This document shows positions 50,322 through 63,849 of a DNA stretch of 64,000 nucleotides, in pieces (positions within the stretch are counted from its first letter, which is position 1; the number at the start of each line of letters is the position of its first letter). The DNA lies in contig NW_003314341.1 in assembly GCF_000143415.4 (NCBI RefSeq), positions 646,394-710,393 on the forward strand, read 5' to 3'. Made by a program: the position numbers and the translations under genes. Under the pieces are notes generated by a model. The model did not search any database. It saw only the letters and a program-made list of their open reading frames with translations, and was not told the DNA's origin. Origin of the DNA: Selaginella moellendorffii (Eukaryota; Plantae; Lycopodiophyta).

Positions 50322-53300
50322 CTAAGCAAACCACCTCTCGCAAGTCTGCTGAGTCTTCGTCACTTGCCACTGCTGGCTGAAGCCAATCTTCATGTCGTAC
50401 TCGAGCTTCTTGTAGCAATTGTCTTGAATGTTAATAGCCAGCTGTACGTCTTGTGTATCTTGCTGGACTTCCTCAATCTAGTTGACATCACCATTTCGAA
50501 TCAACTCTAAAAACCGCGTTCTCTGAATACATACCTGCGATTGTTTCTGGAGTAGCAGCTTTTCTAGCTCGTTGATCCGTGTATCACGAGCCTCCAAAGT
50601 GTCCGTGAACGTGGTCTTACTTAATGAAAGCTTCTTTTGGATTTCTTGAAGCTCCAGGTCTCTCCTCTGTGCAGCAGAAATAAAATTCGGAAGTTTTACG
50701 CTTGATAATAAACCGAGCCCGTACCCGGGAGCTGCCTTCAAGAGCCGCAAATTGGTTCTCACGATCTTCAAGAAGCTTTCTTAACGAAGCAGCAATCTGA
50801 AAAGCGCTGCTTAGCTTCTGGTGCGACTCATCAGATGTTCCGTCTAGTTTATCTGCGGTTTCCTTCAAAGCCTGAAATAAATCTATCGGTGAAACTACAC
50901 GCTTCAACGTGCACATTAAAAAGCTCACCTTTTCGTAGGAATCTACTTGCACAGACTTCTGTGATAGCTCAACTTGAACGTTCCTCAATGCTTGCTCCAA
51001 GCTTTGAACATGCAGAGCATGGTACACCTCTCCCGCTACGTCTTCTGAATTTTTCCTTTGCAGATTTTTCTGGGAAAACTATGAACTTCCAAGCTTGTCA
51101 AAATGATAAAATTCAGTACCTGCAGGACATTGGCATCCTTTTCAAGCTCCAGAATGCGAATTCTTTTTTGTTCTAAATCCCCCCTCATCGAGCTTTCTAT
51201 GATTGCTGCGTCCTCAAGCGCATGTTGAAGGTCGTCTTGTCGTTTACACTTGTCACCAATTCTTGTCATCAGAAAAGCAATCTCCGAAGACATCATGTGC
51301 AAGCGATCAACCAAGTGAAGGTTCTCAATGTCCACAGTGGTAGTCCGATGCTTTTGAGCCTCGAACTTCTCCTAAAAAACAAGAGCAATAAGTTCATGAA
51401 GCAATCTAGAAAATAAAAAAGAAAAGTGTACCACTGCTTCAAGGAGATCAGTCTGACACTTAAAACTTGCTGTCAATGCATTTCCAAATGTCGAACGCAT
51501 CCAAGAATGAAAAGCGGCTCGCAGACGAGCACCTTGCCACCAGGAAGCTAAAGAATGCTGCATCTCACTTGCATGCCTCGTCCAAACCATTTCTTCCCAC
51601 CAGATCAGTAGTATCCTCCTTTGCACCTTAGCACACGATATTTTTTTTCTTTGAGAAAAGAGAGAGATAGAGATCGAGAACGTCACCTTAGACTCAATTC
51701 TATGCCGATGTACGATGGCCTTCTTTTGCCTCTTCTTCCTGTCAGATAAGCAGTCAGCATATCGTTCATGCTAGCCTGTTATCACACAACTTTAAGGATT
51801 GAAGTACGTGGTAATCCATCCAAAACCCCATCGCTGTCTTTATCAGAGCATGATTGAATCCCATCGTAGCTTTCGCTTCGGCCTTCAAAAACTCGATATT
51901 GTGTTTCCATATCTTCAGCTCCTACGGGTGAAGACAAAGCAGATTAATTTGGTACAAAGATAAGAAAGACAGACACACGAACCTGGCGCTTTAGACTCTT
52001 TTTGTAGTAATCGTGGGCAATTGCGTTGGACGCAGATATCCGTCTCTTACCTTTGACATATTTATCCCAGCATCTCATGACCAAATCGCACCAGCGACCC
52101 CTTCTGAAATTATTTGCTCTGTGATGAAGAAATCTCCGAGTTTTTTTCACCTGTACAATGTGCAGCCACCTGCGAATGCAACAACGTAACTTTGACATCG
52201 CAAGTTACAGCACTTACTTGTGGAAAACGACTCTTAGGCACCATTGCCTTCTCAAGGAAAGCACCTGTTGCGTCCTCACACGTTTCCTCAATTTATTCAA
52301 AACCACACCTTTCCACGCAGCCAGCGCCATCGTCATCGTAAAATCTCGCAGATGCCACAGAGCCTCTTGCAGCCTGTTCTTCTTTGGTTTTGAGTAATCG
52401 AGTAGCCACTGCAGCCAGTGATCCCATGCGCGCCTGACAAGACCACCGCGCCAATGCTTAGCTGCAACATCGGCATACTGCCCGCACTGGTTCTGGTACG
52501 CGTAAACCAGATTCTTCCAGCCATAAAACGACTTCAGCAGTTCGGACTGTCGGTGTCGACTGACTAGTTTCGCATGCTTCCTTTGTCGAAGTGTCACAAG
52601 TCGCCATTCGTTCCAGAAGTCTCGTAGAAAAGCCTGCAATGCGTACTGTGAGTAGACTTCTAATTGTAAGCAAACTTACTTACCGCGGTGTGACTGGTTT
52701 TTGCCATCCGCAATTTTCTTGATCTTCTTGTGGCGACTCGCAATGCTTCAAATCCCTTTCTGCAGCACGCTAGCTTGAACAATCTGTCAGCAGACCTCCT
52801 TTCACACTGTCTGCAGGCTTCCACATAAAGGCCTTTCTTAAGCTTTGCAAAAAACCGCTTCAACATTGCCTTCCTGTATCTTTTCTCAGCTTCTTCATCT
52901 CGCTTCTCCTGCAAAAATTCGAAGACGCCGGATTCACGCTTTTAGGATATCATACTTTTCTCGTACCAAAGAAATTTAGTTCGCTTAGTTTAAACTAAGC
53001 GGCTCCAACCTCGGCAAGAAGGCTCTGAAGCCTGCTGCTATTTTCCTCAATTTTTTTCTTGAGCTCAATTGCGTCAGAAGCGTTTTTCTTGAGAATGTTG
53101 CGAAGGCTTTCATTCATTTCTTGCGTTTTTTCCAACTCCATCTGCCAGCCATAAGCATTAGAGGAAACATAAAAAAGAAAAGAAGGAAAGAGAAAAGACC
53201 TGGAGAGCTTTTGCTTCAGTATCCGCCTCAGATCGTTCGCTAACATCTGAACTCAACGCAGTCACTTTCTTTTGCAAAGCCATTCGCTCCGTTTCAAACA

Positions 53301-53911
53301 TCTGCAAATAATCTTGCAATGTCTGCTCAAGTTCTTTTTTCTCCCCTTCCAGGACGCTTGCTCTACAGTAAACACATCAAACATAAAAGCACTGTAGCAA
53401 CCAGGCAGCGTCACCTCTTGGACAATTTTTTCTGCAACTCGAGGGTCTGCTCCATGTCTTGATGGAGTGTGTTCATCTCACTCGCAGCCCTCCCCAGGTT
53501 CTCATGGTTCTGTTTCATGTAAATCTCGAGCCTAGCTTTGCCAAAAGAAAAGCAATCGAAAATGGAAAGGCCGATAGTTTTTCTTCATGCTCGCTCATAC
53601 CTTTCGGTTAGCTGCTGGTTGAAACTTTGGAGCCTTTGCTCGGCTTCGATGTGTGCTTCCACATCAGCCTGGAGAGCAGCGACTTGGCGACGAAGAGTAG
53701 CGGCATCGGAGGCAGGAGGAACCATCAATCCCTCAGCTCTGAGCCGCGGTTTCACAAGTTTGGGCCTCGTCGGCGCCGCGGAGCTGTGATTTGTGCCCCC
53801 GACGCTCTCGGTGTCTCCTTGCTTGATCAATGGCGATGACAAGCTAGCTCCTCCGCCTTTGCTCCCGCTATCGACGGTATTATGATCCTCAGCGGACTGA
53901 GGAGCTTGCAT
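50322..53911 (-). CDS. Multi-exon coiled-coil protein with Sfi1-like Trp repeats (centriole/basal body candidate)
   Basis: Coiled-coil exons flank periodic L..F..W / AW..W repeats (52214-52639); many GT-AG introns. Confidence 0.62.
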
Positions 53912-54206
53912 CTGTCATCGCGCAGCGGCATTCTCATCAATATCGATCCTGAATCGACGACGCCATACCTTGGATTGCGTCTTGATTCTCATTCCAGCCA
54001 CAGCGCGATCGATCGTCGTCTCTTGTTTTTCCTTTCGCTCTACCGCATTCTCTTTGAATTTAACCTAACTTAACAGTTCTATACCCCTTGCGGTTATGAT
54101 TTCCCGATCCAACGGTGGGAAGAAGTCCAACGGTGTGGATTTGTCGCTATAGGACTTGCTTTTTAGGGTTCTTGGGTAGGGTTCTTGGCTTTTTGCTTGC
54201 GCGGCG

Positions 54207-56258
54207 ATGGCGCTCGCATTCGACGAGTATGGGCGGCCGTTCATCATTCTCCGCGAGCAGGAGCAGAAGACTCGAGCGAAAGGTTTGGAAGCTCAGAAGG
54301 CGAATATTATGGCCGCCAAATCCGTCGCTCGCATCCTCCGGACGTCTCTGGGCCCGAAAGGCATGGACAAAATGCTCCAGAGCGGCGATGGCGATGTCAC
54401 AATCTGTAAGTATACTTCTCTTTGCGGCATTGCTTTGTCTGATGGTTTTCGTTTCTAGCGAACGATGGCGCTACCATCTTAGAGCAGATGGAAGTGGAGA
54501 ATCAGATCGGAAAGCTCATGGTGGAGCTCTCCAGGAGCCAGGATTATGAGATTGGCGATGGAACCACTGGTGTGGTAGTCACAGCCGGGGCGCTGCTCGA
54601 ACAGGCCGAGATCCTTCTTGAACGAGGGATTCATCCTATTCGTGTTGCCGAGGGCTACGAGCAGGCTGCTAGGATTGCTGTGGACCATCTGTCGAAGATC
54701 TCTCACAGCTTTGAGTTCAGTTCCACCAACATCCAGCCGCTAGTTCAGACTTGCATGACAACGCTTTCTTCAAAGATGTAAGCTGGTTTTTCTTTTTCTC
54801 TAGCATTCCATTCCAACATTTCTATTCTTTTCTTTCTAGTGTCAATCGCTGCAAGGCATTGCTCGCGGAGATTGCCGTCAAAGCTGTTCTCGCAGTTGCA
54901 GATCTGGAGAGGAAGGATGTGAACCTGGATCTGATCAAGGTCGAGGGAAAGGTTGGCGGTAAATTGGAGGACACGGAGCTTGTCTACGGCATTGTTGTTG
55001 ACAAAGACATGAGCCATCCACAAATGCCCAAGAGGATAGAAGATGCGAAGATTGCAATCTTGACGTGTCCCTTCGAGCCGCCGAAGCCAAAGACCAAGCA
55101 TAAGATCGACATTGATTCCACCGAGAAATTCGAGGCACTTCGAGAAGCCGAGAAGAAGTACTTTGATGAGATGGTGCAGAAGTGCAAGGTATGCGTTTTC
55201 GCCTTGCTTATTCTCTTTTTGTCTCAATTCGCTTCTTTGCCTGTAGGATGTTGGCGCTACGCTTGTTATCTGCCAGTGGGGATTTGACGATGAAGCAAAC
55301 CATCTGTTGATGCATCGTGGTCTGCCGGCTGTTCGATGGGTCGGAGGTGTTGAACTGGAGCTCATTGCTATTGCCACAGGTGAACTACATCCTCTCTTCT
55401 ACTCGTGTTTTCTCATATTATACTTGCAGGTGGCAGGATTGTGCCCAGATTTCAGGAGCTGACGCCCGAGAAGCTTGGACGGGTATGTCGCAGGCACTTC
55501 GTTTTCGTATTCTTACTGATAGGCATTTCAGGCTGGGATAGTGCGGGAGAAGTCTTTTGGAACGACAAAAGATAGGATGCTTTACATTGAGCAGTGTGCC
55601 AACTCTCGGGCAGTGACAATATTTATTCGGGGAGGTATGTGTTTTCGTACTTGTCGGATCACGAGAATGACGCTGGTTGTTTACAGCTAGCAAGATGATG
55701 GTCGAGGAGACAAAACGTAGTATCCATGATGCATTATGCGTTGCGCGGAACCTCATCCGTGATAATTCTATCGTTTACGGAGGAGGGTCTGCCGAGATTG
55801 CATGCTCCATCGCGGTGGAAGCTGCTGCAGATCGGATTCCAGGCGTCGAACAGGTAATCTTTTGGCCCTCTGATAAGTTAGATTGAGCTGATTTTCTTTT
55901 CCTCTTAAACAGTATGCCGTTCGAGCTTTCGCCGACGCTCTTGATGGAGTTCCCATGGCGCTGGCTGAGAACAGTGGCTTGCAACCAATCGATACATTGA
56001 CAGCCGTGAAAGCCCAGCAGATCAAGGTAGCTCTTGTTGTTTCGCATTTGAGCTATAGTCAACAAGATTGTTTTTTGTTGACAGGAGAAAAATCCCCACC
56101 TCGGAATCGACTGCAACGATGTTAAGACGAACGACATGAAGGAGCAGAACGTTTTCGAGACGTTGATTGGGAAGAAGCAACAGATTCTCCTCGCAACTCA
56201 GGTGGTGAAGATGATCCTCAAGATCGATGATGTGATCACGCCGTCGCAGTATATCTGA
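54207..56258 (+). CDS. CCT5: T-complex protein 1 subunit epsilon
   Basis: [66 protein letters not shown]. Confidence 0.97.
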
Positions 56259-56283
56259 GCGGAGAGAAGCCTGGAGCCCGAAT

Positions 56284-57131
56284 CTAACCAAAGCCAGGAG
56301 GTTGGTTCCATCTGGCTTGCAACTGGTCGTCTAGTTGAGGATAGGGGGCGTAGAAGTTTTGTCCGTCTTGTTGTATTGTGCTGTAATCTGGGAGGCTGGG
56401 AGAATAGCTAAACTTTGGAGCTTTTTGCTTGAGCTGATCCATTTGTTTCTGGTGTTGAGCGTTGCGAAACTGCTGCTGTCGAGATTGTCTCTCGCTAGAT
56501 TGTGGTTTCTTCTCGTCGGCGATCATCTTTTCTTCGTGCTTCATGTTGGTACCCGGCACTAGATCCTTGTGTTGGTCCTTGACGTGATGCTCGAAAGCCT
56601 GTTTTTCCAGGAACGATTTGAGGCACCGAGGGGCACCGCAGATGAAGACGCCATCCAGTGCTTCGATCTTCCTTACTCGTGAAACCTTCTCATCACATCT
56701 AGGAAAGAAACAATGAAATTTCTACTTGATCATCGAGAAAGAAAAAATTCTGGAAGAACTTACAAGAAGCAGATGGAATCCTTCCTCGCACACGTTAGGC
56801 AGAAAATGTGCTCGCATGGATGCTGTCAAGAACAATATTACAATCGAATTCACTCCTTCGCTCTTACCAGCCGGCCGTAGATCGCGATGGGAAAATTACA
56901 ACGCGTGCAGATGTGGACCTTATCCCCATTCCTGCGCTGCACTGCGTAGCCAAGGATTTTGATCTCGGCGACGCTGCTGGCAATTCCCGCCCCTCGGGCT
57001 TCGGGAAGCTGCTCGCCGGACAAATGCGGCGGCACCATGGATCCAGGTACTGGCACATCCTCCTGCTTACTCCTCTCCTCCTTGCGTTGCGCCGGCGGCG
57101 ATTCCTGCGCCTTGAGCCTGATCTTCAGCAT
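56284..57131 (-). CDS. HAKAI: HAKAI-like RING E3 ligase (m6A writer-associated), 3 exons
   Basis: MLKIRL, KVHICTRCNFPIAIYGRL, PCEHIFCLTCAR.DSICFLCDE, FICGAPRCLKSF...HH. Confidence 0.9.
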
Positions 57132-57368
57132 ACTTCCACTCAAGAACCCTAATTCCTCCACAACGGACGGTGGATAGAGCTTATGCTCGATGGACGGCGG
57201 AGATTGAGAAATAGGTGGGCTGAATTATCTTGGCCATAGTGTACGGAACGGCGCGCGATTCGCGAGCGCTATGACGCTCGAAGGGCTTGGAACGGCGATG
57301 GCGGCAAGGGCTTAGTTCGAGCTAGCTGGCGAGCGGCGGCCAAGGCGGCAGCTGGGATTTCGAGGGAG

Positions 57369-59286
57369 ATGGAGATGCGGCGCTCCGATAGCAGCGGTAA
57401 GTCCTCCTGCCGTTCCGGATTCCCTCAAACCCCTGGCCTGGAGCGTTTGCGTTCGATGATTGAGCGGTAATGCAGCAGCAGTGGAATGGAATGCGGCTGA
57501 ATTGCGTGCTTGCAGGGATCGATTAGGAGCCTTTTTTTTTCTCTCTTTTACTTCCACTTGGAGTCATTTGTTTTTATTTTCCTAGGAACCGATGATGATT
57601 TGCCACCATCGCTTGCTGTGCCAAGAGCAAGTAACTCTAGAGCACTGGCTGGAAATGGCAAAGCTGGAGCAGCGAATGGAGGGAAGGGCATCGACCACTT
57701 GATACGAACACTAGAACAAGATGCGTACACCGCTGTTCTTCGTGCCTTTGGAGCACAGTCGGAGAACATCAGCTGGGTAAAACAACAAGAAAAACTAGAT
57801 TTGGTTAGACCTTCGTTGAAAGCGTCGCTCACTCGTGTCAGGCTACTGGCAGGCCAAAGAGCGTCTTATCTCCGACTTGCGGAAGGAACTCAGAGTTACT
57901 GACGCGCAACATCGCGACCTTCTTGCTAAAGTGGCTGGTGATGATTCTCTACGTCAAATAAGGTGATCTTTGCGTGTCCTCAAAGCTTGCTCTTGCTCAC
58001 CTTCGTTTTGGCACACCTCCAGGGATTTGAAGCAGTCTGGAAACGATCAAGCCATTCCCTCGGGCGCTAATGCGACGGCCAGTGCTCCGCAACAGTTACA
58101 TTCTTCTCAACTTGTCCCGCAATCTCGGAAGAAGCAAAAGACTGGCGCTGTTTCTCACCAGGTAGCGATGCCTCCTGCTCCACCCCCGCCGCAGCCACCT
58201 CCTCCGGCGCCAGCTCCAGTTCCTAAATCTATGTCCAAGAAAGGTGGAGCAGCTCCGACAAGAGGCAAGAGCAAAGGGGTTAGCTACTTCAGCTGCCTAG
58301 ACCACCTTTGATGTTCCTCGGTTTTTAAAACCTTGTCTAATGGTTCCCTTTCTACAGAGCTCGGACAAGATCTCTAGTCAAGGAAGAGGTCCTTCGCAAG
58401 GTAAGAAGAGGGATGCGCTAGAGGATCGATGGGTGGGCCAGTTTATAAAAATGCGCTGGCCAGATGATAACAATTTCTACGAGGCCTTCGTCCGAGATTT
58501 TCACAAGGAAGATGTACGTTACAGTACCTCGTCAGATATTCAACGCGTTTTTCCTTGTGCTTCTTGCAGGGGACCCATACTTTGGTGTACGATATGGGTA
58601 CCGAGAAGGAAAGTTCTGAGCGGGTAGACCTCTCCAAGGTAGGCTTCGTTGTACGGACGATTGGACTGATGGCCTTCGGGTCTTCCTTTCGTAGATGGCC
58701 CCAGAGGATATACAGTCCAATGGCAAACATCAACCCGGAAAGAAAAACTCGTCTGCAGACAAGCATCAGGGATCCAAGAAACGAATAGAGAAGGCCAGTG
58801 TGAGCTTCCAGCATAAATCGAAAGGAGAGCGTAAATACAAACTTCCATCCGTAGATTCGTTGATAAAGCAAGTAAGACATGCGTGGTGCATTATACTTTT
58901 GGTCGGTGAAATCACACAGAAACTCTCCCTTGTCCAGGTTCAAGAGCTGGAACACGACGCCGACCCTACTAAAATCGAACACGCCAAACGACTAGCGAAA
59001 GTAAGTCGCACAGCTGCGATTCGTTGCGTACCAACAAAGATATGAATTCTGTGTTCCAGGAGCACGAGGAGTCATTGCGAAGGGCACTGGAAGAAGTTGG
59101 AGAAACTTCGGACGAGGAGAGCGGCGGTAAGTCTTTCAAAGTTTTGTGAGAGACGCTCCCTCGGAGACTCATGATTTTCGTTTGGAAGACGATAGGCAAA
59201 GGAACGAGAGCGGCAGGAAGAACATGAGCATGGCCGTCAACAGTGACGACGACAATGACCCCAACGGAGATAACCACAGGGATTGA
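57369..59286 (+). CDS. EMSY-like (ENT + Agenet/Tudor-like) chromatin protein
   Basis: DSSGTDDDLPPS, LEQDAYTAVLRAF.AQS..ISW.KE.LI..LRKELRV, RWPDDNNFYEA. Confidence 0.9.
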
Positions 59287-59670
59287 TTCTTGTGAATACG
59301 TCACGGTCAGGTTTTAGGAGGCTACGAGGTTTCAGGTTTCTAGTATATTGCTGACTTCAACATTGATTGGCTGAAGTTTACACGGATCGAAGTGTGCTCC
59401 AACTATGACTCTCTCTCTCTCTCTTTTTCCCTCGGTGAAAACATGCAGTCGACGATTTCAAAGAAAGATTATTCGGATGCTTCCAGGTTCCCAGACTCTT
59501 TTTTTGGTCGTGACTCGTGAATGGCTTCTTTCTCTATAAAAGCCAGCAGTTGGCAAATCTTTGTTCCATCATCGATAGCGCTCTCTTTCTCTGTCTCTGC
59601 CAAATCTCTCCCAGCCTACCGCATTCCTTGTTCTTCGCTTGCATAGTTTAAATCGATCTGCTTTCGAGCT

Positions 59671-61559
59671 ATGGATCACTGGTATGACGCTCAGCTCGTC
59701 ATGAACACCAGAGACTCGGACGATCAAATCCTCGACTTTGTTGGCGACATAACTCGCGACGTTGGCGCTGTTCAAGCCGGCATTCTGGAGCAAATACTCG
59801 CAAAGAATGCCAACGTAGAATACTTCAAGCGACACGGCCTGTGTGGAGTCCCAAGCCGCGACGATTTCAAGCGAGCCATGCCGCTCTCGTCCTACACGGA
59901 CATCGAATCCGACATCACGCGGATGGCCAGCGGCGACGACTCGAGAATTCTCACCGATGCTCCAGTCCGTCAAATGCTGACAAGGTAACGTAACTTGAAA
60001 GAAATCTCCCGGTGGAAACTTACACAAGTTTAACTTGCAGCTCCGGCACCTCGGGTGGCAAGCAAAAGCTCTTCCCAAAGTCGGAAACTTACGACATCGA
60101 GTCCGTGTTGATGAATAGAATCTCTCGTGCCTGCTTGAACAAGTGAGAGTTATATCATTTGTCAAGCTGACAGATCATCTCACTCAAATCGTTGTTTCTC
60201 TTTTTCTTCAGACAAATACCGATCCAAGGCAAGAGCCTACAGTTCATCTACGTGCGAAAACCCGGAGTGACCCCCGGAGGAGTCGTAACTTGCTCGGGTC
60301 TCAGCGGATACTTCACCAGCCCCGCGTTTCTCAACCGGAAGATCGATCCGAGCTCGGGCTTCACCAGCCCAGACCAAGTTCTCCTCTGCGTCGACTTCGA
60401 TCAATCCAGCTACGCGCACCTCCTGTGCGGCCTCGTCCAGTCCACTCAAGTCGCCGTACTCGGCGCGCCATTCGCGTCGACCCTGGTCCGAAGCATGAAA
60501 CGCCTCAGCGATTGCTGGAGAGACTTGTGCCAGGACATCCGATCCGGCAAAGCTAACTCCAACATCATCTCGGACCTCTCGGTAAAGCACGCCGTGAACG
60601 CGCTGCTGCGGACGCCAAATCCAGAGCTGGCCGACGCGATCGAACGCGAGTGCAGCAAGAAGAACTGGCGCGGGATCATCACTCGCCTCTTCCCGAACGC
60701 CCGAGTCATCCAGACCATCATCACCGGATCCATGCAGCAGTATGTCCCGGTCATCGACTTCCTCAGCGGCGAATTGCCCATCGCCTCGCCGCTCTACGCT
60801 TCCTCCGAGTGCAGCAGCCTCGGGGTCAACTTGAGTCCTCTCTCCCCTCCATCGCCAATCCTCTACACCATCTTCCCTTCCTTCGCATACTACGAGTTCC
60901 TCCCAGTGAACTGTAAGAACAGCACCAGTGGTGATCTTGTGGAGCTGGCAGACGTGGAGCTCGGGAGGGAGTACGAGCTCGTCATCACGAATCGCGCGGG
61001 GCTGTACAGATACAGGGTCGGGGACGTGCTGCGAGTGGTGGATTTCTACAACAGCGCGCCGCAGTTTGCCTTCGTTCGCCGCGCGGGAGTGCTCCTCAGC
61101 GTCGACACGGACAAGACTGACGAGCTCGAGCTCCACACCGCGGTCGTCAACGCCTGCTCTTTGCTGCCGCAGGATGTTTTTGTGGTGGACTACACGAGCA
61201 GGGTCGAACTGTGCTCACATCCGGGCCACTACGTCGTCTACTGGGAGCTCTCCTTGCCGGTTTCGGATTCGAGCGTGGAGCTGCTCAAGCTGGAGGAGTG
61301 CTGCTCGATGCTCGAGTCGTCCTTGTCTGTGGTTTACCTGAGGAATCGGAGAGAAGGCAGCGTGGGAGCCATGGAGATCAAGCTCCTGCAGAACGGGACC
61401 TTCGATCGGATTGTCGACTACGTGGTTTCCAACAGGGAGGGGAGCGTCGCCCAGTTCAAGGTGCCGCGGTGCGCTAGAGATCCTACCATGATCGACATCC
61501 TCGAGTCCAACGTTGTCAGGAGCATACGAGCAACACATATTCCCCTTCCCAGGCTCTAA
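59671..61559 (+). CDS. GH3: GH3 acyl-acid amido synthetase (exons ~59671-59984, 60041-60142, 60211-61559)
   Basis: TSSGTSGGKQK, YASSE, GLYRYRVGD, VDTDKTDE, PGHYVVYWE, QFKVPRC. Confidence 0.95.
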
Positions 61560-61749
61560 ATTCCCTCTTTGGAGTCTTTTTCTAAGCTCGCGGCTTAATG
61601 ATCACAAAAGTGATCGTGGGCCATGTATATATCTTTTGTCAATTCAAATTCAAATCGAATTCAAAGGGTGCACCACCTGAGGAAGCAGTCAAGTTAAAAC
61701 ATGTGCACATTTTAATGGCATCAAGGATAGAAAGGGTTTGGGGTTTATA

Positions 61750-63306
61750 ATGGATGAGGCGAGGCATAGAAAGAAAAAGTCTTCAGGAGCAGGGATTGAA
61801 AGAGAATTGTCAGGCACTGAAGAAGAAATGGAAGAAAAAGAATCCTCACTACAGAAAATTGGTGAGCACGCTAAGGATCTAGTGGAGAAAGCTGTAGCCG
61901 ATATAAGAGACGGACCTGACTCGTCAGGAAGGGAGCAAGGTGTTACTGTGGAGGAACCAGAAATCTTATCCTGGCTCTATGAGGAAATCAACGATCCGAA
62001 CGAGTTCTTCCACAAGCTATTGCCATCATCGGCAGCACGGGAAGTTTTGCGAGCATTTAAAGACGTGTCACCTTCTTACTATCTCCACAGGCTGGAAGTT
62101 TTTCGATGGCTCTTGCCAGACATGCTTCCAATCCCCCAAACAGGTACTAAACTGTGTTTAAAAATCTTTAGCCAATCAAACTTTGTTCCTCGCGTCGTCA
62201 CGTTGGCAAACAAGTTTCCCTTGTCTCGAAGGCGTGGCAGCGGCACAAGAAAATCGTGCAGCAATTCAGCAACTTAAACCGAGAGGAGGGCTTGATGCAG
62301 CTTTGCAATCTGTCGAGCTTGACTATTCCGTGCTTCTCAGACACATTGTTCTCTCCACCGCTGTCCTTTACTTACGTTGGCCGTCCAAAGCTCCGGTCTC
62401 TACTCAAAGAAGTGAAGGTTCAAAGTGATATCCACTTCCAAGGACATCCGGGTAGAGGCAAGTCGTATGTCTTGGCAGCCCTGGCGAGCTATCTCTACAC
62501 TTACGAGCAAGAATGCAGTGATCGTTTATATTCTTTTGTCAGAGCTGGTTCAGTCGGCGGCGAAGCTGACGTATGTTTTGGAAGCAATTGGAAATGCTGG
62601 CATGTGACACCATGGGAAAGTTCGAAGAGTTTTGCAAGACGGAAATGCTCTGGACGTCGATGTCAATCAGTATACAATGAAGAGGATTGTCGAGTTGCGA
62701 GAGAATATCTGAGCTGGATTGTCAACAGATCTAGAGCTGTCTGGTGCACGACGTATAAGGGTGAGTTCATAGCAACGGATATTGATTTTTTTTCCTCCAT
62801 TCAATGAGCCATTTGACAACGAAGAGTTCACTTCCTGGCTAGCCGGCTATAACTTCAAGGAACTAGACATCAACGATCTCCTATTTTACACTGGTCTCAT
62901 ACCACGACAACTGGCCAAGTTTGTTGCCAAAGGTACACCTGAGCCAGCGCTTTACAGAAGGAGAAGGGACTCGTACATTGCAGACATGAGGCGGGTGTTC
63001 AAGTATTTTGTCGAGCGTATGACTATGGAAGAAGCCGACGCTGTAGAGAAAGTTTTGGACTTAGGCTTCGAGCGGATAACATTGGACTACGTGTCAATTG
63101 TTCGTCTGAGAAAGGGAGTGTGCTTTGTCACTGCAACGAGTGTTGACATGGTGATCATCATTATGTCCGCCGACGAGAAATCCCTTGACATCCACCCGTC
63201 AAGCGTTTTTAATGGTCCCGTCCATCTTACACCACAAGGAGTCCAGACTTATGTTGTTACCAACACTGAAGGAGCCAACCTAGGAAATGAACATGTGACA
63301 TTGTAG
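61750..63306 (+). pseudogene. P-loop NTPase gene, Crinkler-type candidate, frameshifted or with unresolved introns
   Basis: YVGRP, Walker A HFQGHPGRGKSYVLAALASYL, downstream F..EEF..W...YTGLIP..L. Confidence 0.5.
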
Positions 63307-63761
63307 ACATTTGTGAACGTTGACAAGTGTTTAGCCTTCATCGAAACACTTGTTATTCGTGAGTGGAAGCTTTTCGTTTGCTATTAAATTGAGATGATAT
63401 TTTACTCCTGAAATTCAGCATCTGATCCTAAATAAAAGTTCGGTCTATTTGAAACCATCGACCTTAATATCATTACCAAGCAGTGCTGCATTTTCGTTGC
63501 TCGATACTTGAGTAAGGTTGGAGTTTGCACAAAAGGGGTGTAGGAAATAGCTGAATGCAAACGTTGAATCAATGATTTGCAAGAATGCCTTACAGACTTC
63601 TAATATTGGAAGGTGGCCTAATCCCTATGGAGATTTTAGCTAAGACCCATCAACCCAGCTGGTTGAAGTTTATACAGATCTAAATATTTAAAATGATTAT
63701 TTTAGTTTAAAATACTAAAACCTTAAAAAATTATTCTTTATTGGATTTCTTACTGTGCACC

Positions 63762-63849
63762 AGAGAAGACATTCCGTGTTATTTGTCCTTTATTTAGTTT
63801 AGGAGAGAAGACATTATAGCATTCCGTGTTATTTGTCCTTTATTTAGTT
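63762..63849. repeat. ~40-bp direct repeat (GAGAAGACATT..CCGTGTTATTTGTCCTTTATTTAGTT) x2
   Basis: Visible duplication. Confidence 0.85.

Noticed and set aside
60237-61538. Long antisense ORFs over GH3
   Set aside because: Shadow ORFs from GC-rich codon usage
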